Positions 1 through 14,499 of a stretch of 64,000 bases of DNA are shown piece after piece. The notes under the pieces were generated by a model. The model had not been told where the DNA came from. It ran no database searches and was given only the letters and a program-made list of their open reading frames with translations. The first letter of the stretch is position 1; each line of letters opens with the position of its first letter. Where the stretch lies: contig NC_043000.1 of the NCBI RefSeq assembly GCF_006345805.1, positions 26,846,001 through 26,910,000 of the forward strand, written 5' to 3'. The position numbers and the translations under genes are program-made. This DNA is from Octopus sinensis (Eukaryota).

Positions 1-91
1 CTTCTATATTCTTCGTTTAGATTCCCTTCTTTCCTCTAACTTCGGTCTCTTCGTTCTGAGTTTCTCATCATACAGTAACCCCCACCACCAT

Positions 92-161
<70 letters not shown>
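92..161. repeat. (ACT)n microsatellite
   Basis: Direct reading of an uninterrupted ACT trinucleotide run. Confidence 0.95.
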
Positions 162-162
<1 letters not shown>

Positions 163-517
163 TAACTAACTTTCCACATTCTGCCTGTTAACTTTATTAC
201 CATGCGTTGTCACTAAATTTGTTACTAAAGCCTGGCTCTGAGGATGCGCTACCTGTGATATTTGTAGCGATGTGGCTGGGATGTTTGTTATGTTTTATGC
301 TATGTTTCTATAGGAATGAAGATAGGAGTAGACGTATGAGTATTACAAGTTGTGTCAGTGATTTTTGAGTGTAATAAATCCGAATAGTTTCTGAACTAGA
401 GAAAGAGAATGAATTAAAAATGCTATTGAAGAATTCATATTAGAAGCAGTATCAAAATAATACTAGAGATAAAATAGAGAAGGTTTTATATATATATATA
501 TATATATATATAGTGTT

Positions 518-559
<42 letters not shown>

Positions 560-892
560 CATGTATATATACATATATATATATATATGTGTGTGTGTGT
601 TTGTGTGTGTGTGTATATATATATATATATGTGTGTGTATATACATGTATATATATACAACTTTTAATAAAGCCTGTCCTTGTATGAAACGATTGTACTA
701 AAAACCTATCCATTCTTGTTGCTTCTTTCTCGCTTATAATCACCCCACATTACTGTATTGTTAAAACAGTATAGTTTTTTTTGGTGCATCTAAGTTAGGT
801 ACCATATTCAAGTAAATTCATTTAAATTAACTTGAATCTTTATTGCTTTTTGTATATATATATATATATATTATATATATATATATACATAT

Positions 893-934
<42 letters not shown>

Positions 935-1039
935 GTCTTTTGTTTTCTCTTTGTTTTTTTAGTTTCAGCTCAAAGCTGTGGCCATGTTGGTGCACCACCG
1001 TTTTGCTACACTGTTATTATTGAGAACCTCTTCTAATAT

Positions 1040-1575
1040 GTGGCATTTGTTGAATAAGGGTGTTTGATTTTACTACCCGCATCTGGGACTCACGACAGGG
1101 AGAGGTCCAGTTTTGATTTGAAGATACCTACATCCACTTTGTGTAGCTCTCTGAGGCTCTTTGGGAGACGATTATATAACTGTGGACACCTGAAACCCAG
1201 GTTGTGTAAGTAACTGGTCCTGAAGCGCGATGGCATTGCTGGGATCTTTGGTACTGTGCAGTGTCGACCCGGTCTGGCATTGTGTAGCTTTCAATGACAA
1301 AATTTTGCACAATTCCTTCCAGGATCTTCCAGATGTATATTACTGCATACTTGTCCCGACTTCGCTCCAGGAAGTTGAGTCTTAGCTGTTTCAGCCTTTC
1401 CCAGTAGCTGACCTGTTCCAATGAAACGATCTTCTTTGTGAAACGTCGTTGATTGCTTCGTTCTTGATTCGGTGTTAATTTTACACTGTTGGGTGGCCAT
1501 AGCTGGGAACAGTAATCCAGGCGGCTGAGGACCATAAGGGTTTCCTTCTCTCTGGTTCTAGGAACGTGAATCTCT
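1040..1575 (-). mobile_element. Decayed 3' ORF2 fragment of a CR1-group (CR1/L2-like) LINE
   Basis: Minus-strand translation VLSRLDYCSQLWPP...QRRFTKKIVSLEQVSYWERLKQLRL...IYIWKILEGIVQN, then in a shifted frame GPQLYNRLPKSLRELHKVDVGIFKSKLD-like. This is the typical post-RT C-terminus. Same family as 26963-27921. Confidence 0.85.
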
Positions 1576-1658
1576 GAGTAACAGCTTTTGTTTTATTCCT
1601 GCTGCTTTTAAATAAAGTATATTTTCCACCTTGTTTCATATGTATGAGCTTCCTCCGG

Positions 1659-1706
<48 letters not shown>

Positions 1707-2899
1707 TATAATATATTACATTTAAAAATTAGAGCAGAAAAATTACATGAAAAACTCATCATCTCTCTCTTTCTGTGTATACATATATATATATATATAT
1801 ATATTATGCACGCACACATATAAGTGAATGAGATTCGCATAGCTGCATGTTTCCTATTTTATATTTTGTTCACATGTTATCAAACCTTCCTTGTTTTTCA
1901 ATAAACTTCGTGTAAATATTTACATAGCAACACTAACTATAAATACATGGCGTTGGTGGGTGAATATGTTCAGAGGGTGAATGTACATAAACTATTACTA
2001 CAGTTTTTCAGTAAATATTTTTCAATCAATTTCATTCGTATTAATATTATTTAATAAAATTCTTAATAAATTCTGTACTTCCGCCCCTCTTTTAAATTCA
2101 CGTGCGGCTTACAGTTCATAAAATGGCGCTGTTAAAAGAAAAAAAATGCTATTTCTCAATTTTTTTCATAAGATTACTAATGGTGACGAGCCTGATACAC
2201 GGATCTCTGATTCGAGCGTGCACTTTCGAAAATAACTTCCCTAGCTACAATTCCTGAATTTAATGCAAGGATCAGATTTCTTCATGCAATCGTATTTGTC
2301 GTTGTAAATAGTTTTCTTCTGGTGTTTGTTTTGGTATAATGGCCATCATATATAAATTGACATGTGCTGGAATTATTGCATTCCCAATTAGATACTGGGA
2401 AGTTTGCTTTACACTTCTTTAAATCAAGATTTGACTTAATTAAAAATTGTTTTGCGCTTCCGGTTTTCATTTACTTTGAAAAACTGCACATTTGCTAATT
2501 AAAATCTTCAAATTATTACTTGATGTAATGGAAGAGAAATTTTAATTACATGGATTGTATCTCGGTCTTTTGTTAGTTTTTTCGGGGTGTCCAAAGTCGT
2601 TGTATATGTAATGGTTTGGCAAGATCTATACCACTATATATAAATACAGGTGGACATTTTAGTCTCAGTAGAAATATATCGATTTCTGTCACTCTTTGTT
2701 TAATTTTTTTTACATCAACGAGATTACATAAGCACACGCATACAGGCAAACCGAACACACATTTATATATCAACAGATGACATATAAGTTAAGGTACAAC
2801 TATAAAGCTGATAAATACATACATACTAACATTTGTATACGTGAGAAGACATATTTAGTATACATGGGCCATCCTACATCAACCAATATATATATATAT

Positions 2900-2959
<60 letters not shown>

Positions 2960-3347
2960 ATGTGTATTTATATATATATATGTATATATATATATGTATA
3001 TGTGTGTGTGTAATAAAATATATACACACAGACACAAAAAGAGAGAAGCAGTAAAAGATTAAAAGATAGACGTCAATGCTCCGTGGAGAATGACTCATAT
3101 TTGCAATTGTGTGAGTGTAGAGCTTCTCATATAGAGACACACTACCATGAATATATATTTGTAAACCTTGTTTGTAATTATGTTTGTCAAATGCGTGTAT
3201 CTGTACGTCTATAACCACATCAATGTGTAACACGGACTGCGTGTTTAAATGGGTCGGTGTTTGTATATGTGCTTCATGGGTTTGCAGTATTAGTGCATCT
3301 GCGTGCAAAAGCATCCATGCGTGACTGTGAGTATGTGTTTGATTGTT

Positions 3348-3386
<39 letters not shown>

Positions 3387-4010
3387 ACAGAGATAGGGAT
3401 ATTTGTGCTTATATTTCGTTTTTGGAGCGTATTTGTTGACGTTTACATGTTTCGTTCCACAGTTAATAAATATTTGAGCATTATCGATTTGGAATGCCAA
3501 ACTGACGGCTCTCCCCACTTTCTCCCTCCCTCCCTCCTCTCTCTCTCCCTCTCCTTCTCTGCCCCTATCCCTCTCTCTGTACGTACACACACACACACGC
3601 GCACTCATACATACATATGTATGTATATATATATATGTGAGAATATATGCATATAAATACAAAAGCAAAGACGTACAAACGCAGCAAGACATACGCACAC
3701 AGACCGATGAACACACACGCGCACTCATGCATAGATACACGTACTTGAACACATACACACATATGCGCACACACACACAGATACATATATACAAATACGT
3801 AGTATGTTTCGTTCTTGCTAAAGAAATATTACAATAGGATCAGTTAAAGAAAATGGAACAAATGCATATGTGGTAAGATTTATGAGAGTAAGGTCAGAAA
3901 ATGGAGAGAAATGGTATTTTCTGTTTGTAATATTGAAGTTCTGACAGATTTTATTTTATATCTACATACATGATTACATATATAAATATATATATATAAA
4001 TGTAATCTCT

Positions 4011-4045
<35 letters not shown>

Positions 4046-4544
4046 AGAATTGAGTGAGGAAATATTTTATTACATCAATTTACAATTGTCTCCTGGAAAT
4101 TAGATTTCATTAATGTTGATATATGAGGCAATATTATATGCAACAGCTTGTTCATGAAGTCCCAAACTCAGCTCATCAACTGTGGATGAGTGGGAGAGCT
4201 TAATAACGGAAACTCCAGGGTTAAAACCGTTATGAATTTATTATAATAGACGCTTACACGAACACAGAGGTGCGCGAGCATTCACGGTCGAAGGTGTCTA
4301 TCGATGGTAAAATAAGGAAAGGATCTAAGCTTTCGTGGTAGGATATAGTAGCAAAAAAAAAAGAAACAAATGAAAAAAGTGATGTCAGAATAAGAAGATG
4401 AAAGGCCAATAAACATGATGGATTTTCATAGAAATAGAAGACTAAACAATGATTCTTAAATTTGAATCTAAAGAGGAAAAACCTAAGCTCAGAAAATAAT
4501 AACAATAGTTTGAAATTTTGCTTGAGGGCCACTCATTTCGGGGG

Positions 4545-4665
4545 AGGAGTGTAAGTCGATTAAATCGACCCTAGTGATCAAGACAGTTGAATTCAGAATG
4601 TAACGACTAGCGAAATGCTGCTAATTATTTTGCCCGGTGTGCTAACGATTCAGCCAGCTCGTTGC
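4545..4665 (-). mobile_element. Degenerate tRNA-derived SINE, family B
   Basis: Matches parts of the intact copies at 8749-8979 and 62015-62249 (gtcgattaaatcgacc; ccggtgtgctaacgattcagccagctcg). Confidence 0.6.
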
Positions 4666-4669
4666 CTCG

Positions 4670-4708
<39 letters not shown>

Positions 4709-4759
4709 GCAACAACAACAACAATAATAATAATACCAACAACAACAACAATAATAATG

Positions 4760-4790
<31 letters not shown>

Positions 4791-4850
4791 CAACAACAAT
4801 AATAATAATAATAATAATAATAACAGCAACAACAACAATAATAATTGTAA

Positions 4851-4920
<70 letters not shown>

Positions 4921-4921
4921 T
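4670..4921. repeat. Compound (AAT)n/(AAC)n/(ACT)n microsatellite
   Basis: Direct reading; source of the poly-N, poly-T and poly-L ORFs in the track. Confidence 0.95.
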
Positions 4922-6369
4922 GTGCTACAGGAAATATTCTACATACATTGTTTCGTTTTGGTATAAAAGACTCGCTACGGCAAATATTATACTCAATATC
5001 TCAGATTTGCATGCTAGTTGTTTGACCATAACCACTTGAGCACATCCCCTGGATATTTTCAACTTTGAAAACATGGCTGTTTCGTTCAACATACTTAAAC
5101 AACCATTATTCGGGAACGTTTTGAGCGGGTTGGGTCACTCAACCTGAAGACAATTGTAACTTGCCTCCCGCTAGAAGGCCATGCGCTGTTTATCTTGATA
5201 TGAGATCACCATGTCACGCACATATTGTTGTGATGCATGTGCCTCATCAGACGGGTGGTCCTGAGGTGTGTACTGGGCTTCGTATATTTTACCCCCGTGT
5301 CACTCCCATTCCTCATCCTCATTCTATAGTCACTTCCCTTATTAATTATCTGTAACATTCATCATTTATTCCCCAATATCATTATATTATTTTATTGTAA
5401 TTTACTTTTCAATATTTTTTCTTGTACGTTGATACATGTCTAATGAAAGTATTTACATAAAATTTTAAGAATTTAAATAAATATTAAAACTTTAACTTTT
5501 ATTAATTTAATTTTTCAATTAAACTTTTTTAACATTTTCAATCATTTTTTTGTAAAAATTAAGTTCGTTATCTCATAATTTAATCTCTTAATTATTCATG
5601 AAATTATTTAGTTTTCCAAGATTTGACTATAGCTCTTGTACTTTTTCATTTTGTACCAAGTTGTTCAGTGCGCTGACCTTGTCTTTGATCTTCTCTTTAA
5701 ATCTAATGCAAAATCTTTTGTATTTTTTCATATTTTTACATTCATAGCACATGTTAATTAATTTAATGTTTTACATCTTAAAATTAACTCATTACCTTGG
5801 TTTATACATTTTGGTATTAAATATTAAATTCCAAAATATACACTGTTATAAATATTTACAACACATATTTGTTTCGCTACCTAAAAGTCTAGACTCTTTG
5901 ACATGTTCATTTTGAGTTAATATAAGTTACTTTAGTCTTTTAATACCATTTTCGCACAGTGTATTCGAAAACAAGGCAAAGCATCTTTATTCTGTACAAG
6001 TAAAAATTTTGCTCTCAAAATTAATTAACAAAATATACTCTTATTAAAAACATCAAGAACAGGAACATACCATCCACTACTTACTTCCCTTGTCTTGAAA
6101 ATGACGCAACTGATAATTCCATTAAAATTGATCCCATCCCAGGTGAAAATATCATTGATGAACATATTAACAAATTTTGAAAAGTTGAAAAACTGGTGAG
6201 TAAAATATGATTTTTCTTTTCCTGTAAAACCTGTAAAGCAGGAATCATGCACAACCAGCTGCATTTAACTTTTTCGTACAACTAACTTACTGTAAACATA
6301 TACAATTTCTACACTAAAGATTTATGTGAAAATAAAAATATAAGATAGGTAAAAAGAACATACACAGAC

Positions 6370-6776
6370 GCAGGAGTGGCTGTGTGGTAAGTAGCTTGCT
6401 TATCAATCTCATGGTTCCGGATTCATTTCCACTGCGTGGCATCTTAGGCAGGTGTCTTCTACTATAGCCTTGGGCCGACCAAAGCCTTGTGAGTGGATTT
6501 GGTAGACGGAAACTGAAAGAAGTCTGCCGTACATATGTAAATGTATATATGTATGTGTGTGCATATGTTTGTGTGTCTGTGTTTGTTCCCCCAACATCGC
6601 TTGACAACCGATGGTGGTGTGTTTGCGTCCCCGTAACCTAGCGGTTCAGCAAAAGAAACAGATAGAATAAGTACTAGGCTCACAAAGAAGAAGTCCAGGG
6701 GTTGATTTGTTCGACTAAAGGCGGTGCTCCGGCAAGACCGCAGTCAAATGACTGAAACAAATAAAAGAGTAAAAGA

Positions 6777-6778
<2 letters not shown>
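6370..6778 (+). mobile_element. tRNA-derived SINE, family A (head + internal microsatellite + tail)
   Basis: A-box-like TGGCTGTGTGG and B-box-like segment, body ...ggccgaccaaagccttgtgagtggatttggtagacggaaactgaaagaag, then (TA/TG)n, then a tail ending (taaaagag)n. Many copies in the window. Confidence 0.85.
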
Positions 6779-6816
<38 letters not shown>

Positions 6817-6819
6817 AAA

Positions 6820-6874
<55 letters not shown>

Positions 6875-8092
6875 TATATATATACAGGTAAACATAACAC
6901 CACACATAGACGCGCACACGTACACACACACACAATCTTTTCCTCCTCCAGCTGGCCGTTTTTTTGTACTTTTTCGCGACGAAAAGAATGCACCTTTTGT
7001 GGCAGTTATAGCGAAATTGCTTTCTTACATCAGAGTAATATGGCGTTTCGATAGAACATCTTTACCCCCGGGAATTACCGAGTACACCAGCTAGTATACA
7101 TAAATATACACAAATATCAATATAAAGCTTAGTTGACGGAACAACAGACAAAGAACTCGATACATGTGTTTTTATGCATTATCAAATAATGATGACCTAC
7201 TACGGCCGGTGGTTTCGGCTGAAACAAGAACGTAAACAGAAGTATAACGACCAGTGTATGCTCTTCATCTTCATATCTATTTGCGGGATTTGTTGTATGA
7301 AGAGTTGTTTCCAAGTCATTTAGTATATCACTGGAAAAGAAAAATCTTGACCTGCTAGCAATCACTTCTGAGTGAGTATTTTTCAAATCACAACACCATG
7401 CTTTCTTTTAAAACTAACGAAGGAGAAACATGATATTCCGTACATGTGAATATGCGATAAACGAAAAAAGGAAGGAAACGGAATGGACGAGCGCGGAACA
7501 TCTTTGAGAAATATTCAGTCAGAATTATCTGGGAAAACATTTCTAACTTTTAGCATATATTGTAGGCTTCTTGTTTTAAAATTTTCTACCTGTCAATATT
7601 ATCACATTACATTTCATTATACAATTGCAGAGAGGACAGTTGAATTTTTCATTTTAATAAATGCCACAAACATCTTGTTTATGTTTTGGTGTGTATGTGT
7701 TTTATGTAATTTTCCAAGTCTGATGTAAACATACACAGCTTCGTGGTAACAATTATTTTGTCTATTTCATAAGATATGTATTATAATAAATTATGGTTTG
7801 TCAGTTCAGCTGCTGTAATTTCAAAAATAAATGCAGTGTTATGCAATCCTTTTATGCATTACACAGCCCTCCAAAAGATACTATGCCAAATGCATACATA
7901 TACATACATATACATACATACATACATACATACATACATACATACATACATACATACATACATAAATACATACATACATAAATACGTATGTGTGTATACA
8001 TCTATCTATCTATCTATCTATCTATATATATATATATAGTTATGTATTTATTTATGTACGTATCTCTCTCGCTCTATACACACACACACACG

Positions 8093-8137
<45 letters not shown>

Positions 8138-8172
8138 CCATCCACCTATAAATATACACGCACACGAACCCT

Positions 8173-8247
<75 letters not shown>

Positions 8248-8748
8248 CATATATATATATTAACACACACATCTATATAAGTATATGTACATATATATGT
8301 ATATACGTGAGAGCGTGTATAAATAGGTACATATTAATACATATCTATATACTATACATACACGTACATACACGTATATATATACACACACACGAACACA
8401 TATATACACTCACACACACACACACAAATATATGCATACACAAATAAAGATGTAAGTATACATATTATGTATGTATGAAAAATATAAAGTCTAGATTCTG
8501 AAAATCGTGCAGCTGTCACTGTAAACAGTTTAAAGTATGCATGAAGCTGAAAACCCGAGCTATAAACCTATTCATTTAGGAGTATATAAGAGCGTAAAAG
8601 CGGTAGACATGTGAGGTAATTTATACCTTCATCTAAACGCTTAATTTATATAGGATTACAGTTGTTTCACAGCGTCCTTTTATGAAGGATTCAGTTTGCA
8701 AAGAATAATGCACACATTTCGTCATTAATACGTGTATATATTCACAAA

Positions 8749-8979
8749 GCGGCGAGCTGGCAGAACCGTTAGCACGCCGGGCGAAATGCGAAGCCGTATT
8801 TCGTCTACCGTTACGTTCCGAGTTCAAATTCCGCCGAGGTCGACTCTGCCTTTCATCCTTTCGGGGTCGATAAATTAAGTACCAGTTACGCACTGGGGTC
8901 AATATAATCGACTTAAATTCGTTTGTCTGTCCTTGTTTGTCCCCTCTATGTTTAGCCCCTTGTGGGTAGTAAAGAAACA
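8749..8979 (+). mobile_element. tRNA-derived SINE, family B, with target-site duplication
   Basis: Head gcggcgagctggcagaa...gagttcaaattcc (B box). Flanked by the 14-bp direct repeat TATATATTCACAAA (8735-8748 and 8980-8993). Confidence 0.9.
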
Positions 8980-9496
8980 TATATATTCACAAATTAATGC
9001 ATATACAGAAGGCTAGCTTATTAGATTACTGGTATATACTGGTATACGCACACACGCATGCATATATATATATACCTATGTATATACACACACATATATA
9101 TATATATTATATATATATATATATATGATATATATATATACACACATACATACATATATATGTATATATACACACACATACACGCACTCACACACACAAG
9201 CACATACACACACGCGCACACACACGCACACACAGAAATACATACACGAACAAGCACATACACACATGTGCACGCACACACATACGCACACAAACGCACA
9301 AACACAGGCGTACGCATACACACATACACACATACATATACACAAATATATATATATATATGCGTACGCATAGGTAAATGAAAACTAAAAGAAGGAGATA
9401 TGGGCGTGTGCCTAAGATATAATTATTTTAATGAGGATGATGCTTAAAACACGCGATATTGGTTTCCAATTTTGTCACAAGTCCAGCAATATTTAA

Positions 9497-9657
9497 TGAG
9501 AGGAGTTTAGTCGATTACATCGACCTTATACATGACTCGTATTTTGTTTGAACGACCCTGAAAGGCAAAGCTGGTCTCCTTGGATTTGAACTGAGTACGT
9601 ACAGAGCTCGAAGTAATGCAGCTAAGCATTTTGTCCGACGCGCTATGTATTCTGTCA
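9497..9657 (-). mobile_element. Degenerate SINE family B
   Basis: gtcgattacatcgacc...gaccctgaaaggcaaag...tttgaactgag...gctaagcattttgtccgacgcgcta matches family B. Confidence 0.7.
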
Positions 9658-10458
9658 TCTAGTCGCTCTGGAGTGATCCATAATTTACCGACAAAAGTGT
9701 TAGTCGTATCTGTTTTAAGGAAAATTGTTTTGTTATTGAAAAACGTGAGGAAGCAGAGACGAAAATCTACACATTTGAACACATACACACATACACGCAG
9801 GCACATTAAACGCTAAAACACACACAAAAAAAAAAAACCATAAACGAGAACAAAAAAAAACAAGAATCCTTCTGAACATACAACATGTTTAAAAGAAGAA
9901 AAGAATATTTGGAAATATATCCACGAGAACAAATATAACTTGGAGAAAAAAAATATTTAAATTCCACTGCGAAATAATACTCAATCAAATTTGTATCTCT
10001 GGTAGGTAGATCAATCAGTTATCAGAATGGTTGTGATGGTATAATATGTACGAATAGGTTTATGTGAAACTTAATTCATTCTGAGATATTTTTACACATT
10101 ATAAAGGGCGACATTTTTCTCCTGTGACTACACTATCTACATTTCGTCCATCTTTGATTGATTATGCTGTCACATATTGTGGCTCGTGTGTTTTATTTTG
10201 GAGTTTCTTAGTGAAAAATACTTGAAATATTTCATATTTCATGTTACTATTGAATTATATTCAAGATTCTCTTAGATCTTTTCGTTTCGTATCATTTTAC
10301 ATTTCCTTTATTTTTTCATACATATCGTTTCTCTTTTTTCGGTTCTATAGTATCACTTTTTTGTATATTTCACATTTATTTAAAAATACAAAAAAAATTC
10401 TCTTCATTTTGATGATATAGTTTATATTGGTTTCAAATTATGGCCAGCAATTTCTATA

Positions 10459-10611
10459 TTAAATCGACCCCAATGCTCAACTGGTACTTATTTTAACAAC
10501 CTTGAAAAGATGAAAGGCAAAGTCGACTGCGGCGGAGTTTGAACTCAGAACATAAGTACAAACGAAATGTCGCCAGGGATTTAGGCCAGCTCGGTAACGA
10601 TTCTGCCACCT
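10459..10611 (-). mobile_element. SINE family B (3'-truncated)
   Basis: aaatcgacccc...gatgaaaggcaaagtcgactgcggcggagtttgaactcagaac matches family B. Confidence 0.8.
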
Positions 10612-11097
10612 CGAAACATTGTTATAGCTTATATTGATACAGGATTATCTCTGGTTACTTCACTAAACCATCGAACTATTTGCATTTCTTTTCTCATTTT
10701 ATCCCGAATCCCATTCTTTCGCTACGTCTTTGCTTAACCTGCTTGAAACAGCAGCTAAATTCTCCTTCAAATGTTATCCTGTCCGTTTTCTTTAAAGAAA
10801 GACACGTGAGATATAATTTTAGGAGAACTTGAAAAGATGGAATAGTCACAGCTGGAAACATTTGGTCGCAAATGAGTTAAACAACAACAGCAACAACATA
10901 ATTTAAGATGTCCATAAAATACTTTAACAGCAGTAAGTATACTATTTATAAATAGAGTTTTGGAGCGTCTTGTCTTTTCATTTATCTAATGAAGCTTGAC
11001 TATAAAATGCATATTGAGATTTTTGCACTATTTTGTTAAAATGGGCGACAACAAATACCTGCTGTTGCTGCTGTTACTGCTACTACTACTACTACTA

Positions 11098-11138
<41 letters not shown>

Positions 11139-11254
11139 ATTAGGTTGTTCAGAGAACTTTATATAAATGTCTTAATTTATTTGATAAGCTGCCGTGTAAT
11201 TGTCTTTGCGTAACAATTTTAGTGCGGCATATGAGAAACAGTTACAAATATTTC

Positions 11255-11301
11255 CACCACTACCACCACCACCACCACCACCACCACCACCACCCCACCA
11301 C

Positions 11302-11351
<50 letters not shown>

Positions 11352-11405
11352 CATCATCATCATCATCCATCATCATCATCATCATCACCATCAACATCAT
11401 CATTT
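11255..11405. repeat. (CAC)n/(CAT)n microsatellite
   Basis: Direct reading; source of the poly-His and poly-Pro ORFs. Confidence 0.95.
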
Positions 11406-11553
11406 ATAACAACACCACAAGTGTCAACCGCCACGACCTCCACTCTGTTGTCAATCAATGTCTCCAAGATAAGCCAGGCATAGATAACACAAGTATGTTG
11501 AAATGTACGTACAGAGATAAACAGTTAGGTATGTATGTAGATACGTATGTCTG

Positions 11554-11555
<2 letters not shown>

Positions 11556-11650
<95 letters not shown>
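11556..11650. repeat. (GATA)n microsatellite, followed by a degenerate GATA/GACA tract to about 12140
   Basis: Direct reading. Confidence 0.95.
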
Positions 11651-12885
11651 GGACAGGGTACAAATAGAACGGTTGACAGGCCTATAGAGAGTTAGAAAAA
11701 GACACACGCCGATAAGCAGATAGATAATAAAATTGATAGCTAGCTAGTTAGATAGATAGATAAGTAGATAGATTGAGTGATAGATTGCAAGATTGATAGA
11801 TAAGTAGATAAGCAGATAGGCATACAGATAGGTAGAAAGAGAGAAAATTATTTAGATAAATAGACAGATAGAAAATAGACATAGAGAAAGTCAGGTAGAG
11901 AAATAAGTAGACAAACAAATTGATAGATAGATGATGGCTGGATGGATAGGTAGATAGATATAGAGTGAGAGTAACAGACAGGTGGATAGATAGATAAAAA
12001 GATAGATAGATAGACAAATAAATAGATAGATAAATAGATAGGAAAGAGAAAGATACGGAAGGATACGAATAAAGAGACACAAGACTACGATGGAGAGGGA
12101 GGAAGAGGATGAGACAGAGAGAGAGAAAGATAGAGAGAGAGCGCAATGATATAATGATATAATGATTTCAAATATAGACACAACGAGGGAGATGTGGAGG
12201 AAGGAAGAAGAGATAGTAAAAGAAAAAAATGTCAGCAACTTCCACCTGACATTTATCATCCTAGATATCGTAACACTACACAAATGATTTGGTTGAAAGC
12301 AACAGAGAAAAAGATAAACAGAAAGAAAAGAAAAAAAAAAGGTTAGTTCATACACAAGTACTATCCACTTAACCTCAGCTTCTAATAACGATTCCAGCTG
12401 CAGTTTGTTGTATTTGTTTCTGTGAAATTGACCATAAAACACATTGCGAAAGTGGCCAGTCCTACAGTGATCGATTCACACCTACTATTGCAATGTAGTG
12501 TGTCCCTTGTGTAATGAACAATTCCCTCTCTTTCTCCTTCTACACTATTCCATCTTTCTCTCTCTCTTTCTCCTAATTTTCTTCCCACCCCAACTCCCTT
12601 TCTCTCTCTCTCTCTCGGTCTCTCTGGATTCGTTGTACTTTGGTATTTCCTATTCCCGTATCGTGTTTTACAGAGAATAAATAAATCTATATAGAAATGA
12701 CTTATTTGCTGTATGAATAATATGTGGCAAAGCCAACGAATAACGTTTAGAGTAACAACAGCAAAAATAGCAATTTGTTGTTGTTATTGATGTTGTTGTT
12801 TAGCCAAGATCAGCTTTTACTGGATATAGGAGACCTATGATCAAAGTATCTCAGCCACGACCGTTTGGTCATTTTCTTGTATACT

Positions 12886-12932
<47 letters not shown>

Positions 12933-12982
12933 TGTGTATGTATATGTATATATATATATTTGTATATATATATATATATATA

Positions 12983-13067
<85 letters not shown>

Positions 13068-13091
13068 ACATATATATATGTATGTATGTAT

Positions 13092-13385
13092 GGAGGCGCA
13101 ATGGCCCGGTGGTTAGGGCAGCGGACTCGCGGTCGTAGGATCGCAGTTTCGATTCCCAAACCGGGCATTGTGAGTGTTTGTTGAGCGGAAACACCTAAAG
13201 CTCCACGACCCCTGCTGGTGGCGATCCCTGCTGTACTCTTTCGTCCCAACTTTCTCTCACTCTTTCTTCTGTTGGCCTGCCCGCTTAGCCAGCGGGTTGG
13301 TGTCATTTGAACGCTAAAACAATGCAAAGCGCATTGTGACCAGCGATGTGTAGCAATATCTGATAGCCTGGTCGGTGACGGTGAT
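13092..13385 (+). mobile_element. tRNA-derived SINE, family C, tail variant 1
   Basis: Head GGAGGCGCAATGGCCCGGTGGTTAGGGCAGCGGACTCGCGGTC...GTTTCGATTCCC with A and B boxes; head and body shared with 17457 and 31136. Confidence 0.85.
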
Positions 13386-13904
13386 ATATATGTATATGTA
13401 TACACACATATATATGTGGCACACATATACATTATTCTTTTACATGTTTTCTTTTCAAAGCAGGAGGGAGATTTGGCTACTGTTCTGTTCCTCGTCTCCT
13501 TCGACATCCTTCCCCTCCGCCCCCTACCTCTCTCCCTCTTTTCTTCTCTTCCCCTCCTCACTTTGTCTTGTATGCCACTCCCTTTTTGTATTTCTGGCTC
13601 CATATTTGTAACTCTTTCTTAATAATAGTCTACCGACAAAACAGTCGGATATTTTTTGTAGAGACTTAATAAAGAGACTTGCTTTTGAGGTTTAACCATT
13701 TCTCAAAAAATATTAGTTACAGATAGATTTAATCGAAATTGTTTCATTCAAAATTCGAAATGTAATTGTAAAATCGATTAATTTATTATTCTATGTTTAG
13801 GTGTTGTACTTACGGTCTTCGCAGGCTCTTAGAAGCAGCTGATATCGATGTATTTAATGTACATCACAAGCCACTCCAAGGTGACCACTACAGGCTAAAA
13901 ACGA

Positions 13905-14165
13905 TGGTTAAGGAAAGAATTTCCAGAAGGGAGATGTTTTGGAGATTGAGGATTAGAAGCTGATTGTTGCCGGGTTTATGGAGAGGCGGGCAGGTGCAGT
14001 ACAAATGACAAGTTAAAGAAAATACGATTGAGTCGAAGAGGTCTGAGTTGAGGTTGTGCGAAACCAGCCAGAAGCGAAAAGTAGAGCCGATTTAATAGAA
14101 AGGAAAGGAAATAGCAGGCCTGTGGGTCAGGGGTTGAAGTTTAATTTACGATTCGATGATAAGTG
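13905..14165 (-). mobile_element. Very decayed LINE ORF2 C-terminal fragment (CR1/L2-like)
   Basis: Minus-strand LQPLTHRPAISFPFY resembles the LQPL.HRR.V.SL..FY motif, and SKTSPFWKFFP resembles PRT..LWN.LP. Contains frameshifts and stops. Confidence 0.45.
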
Positions 14166-14499
14166 GCCAATAAAATAAATTACTGTTCTAAGATTGTTAA
14201 CATTGAGTAAAATTCCTGAAGGCACTGCTGCAGTATGGCTACAGACTGATATCTGAAAAATCAGTAACTTAGAAAAAACAAATGTAATTTTATAACATCC
14301 GTTTACTTTTAATGCTACAAATTATGCATAACCTTTGAAATGGGTGTCAAAATCATTCAGTCAAATACACTGGTAATTTTGCTGTTGTAGTTGTTGTTCT
14401 TGGTGTTTAAATACTAGCTGAATAGACCTAAGATCTATGGTATTCCAGTCCTGACCACCTTGGTTTATTCAGACTCTTTGTCCAAGCTATTTACCACAA

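Noticed and set aside
229-292. Hammerhead-like CTGAGGA followed by a CGCTAC/GTAGCG hairpin and a possible stem I
   Set aside because: The GAAA and stem III half is missing. It may be a deleted HHR relic but cannot be supported.
13092-13170. SINE heads as functional tRNA genes
   Set aside because: A and B boxes are present, but there is no acceptor stem and the heads run into repeated SINE bodies.
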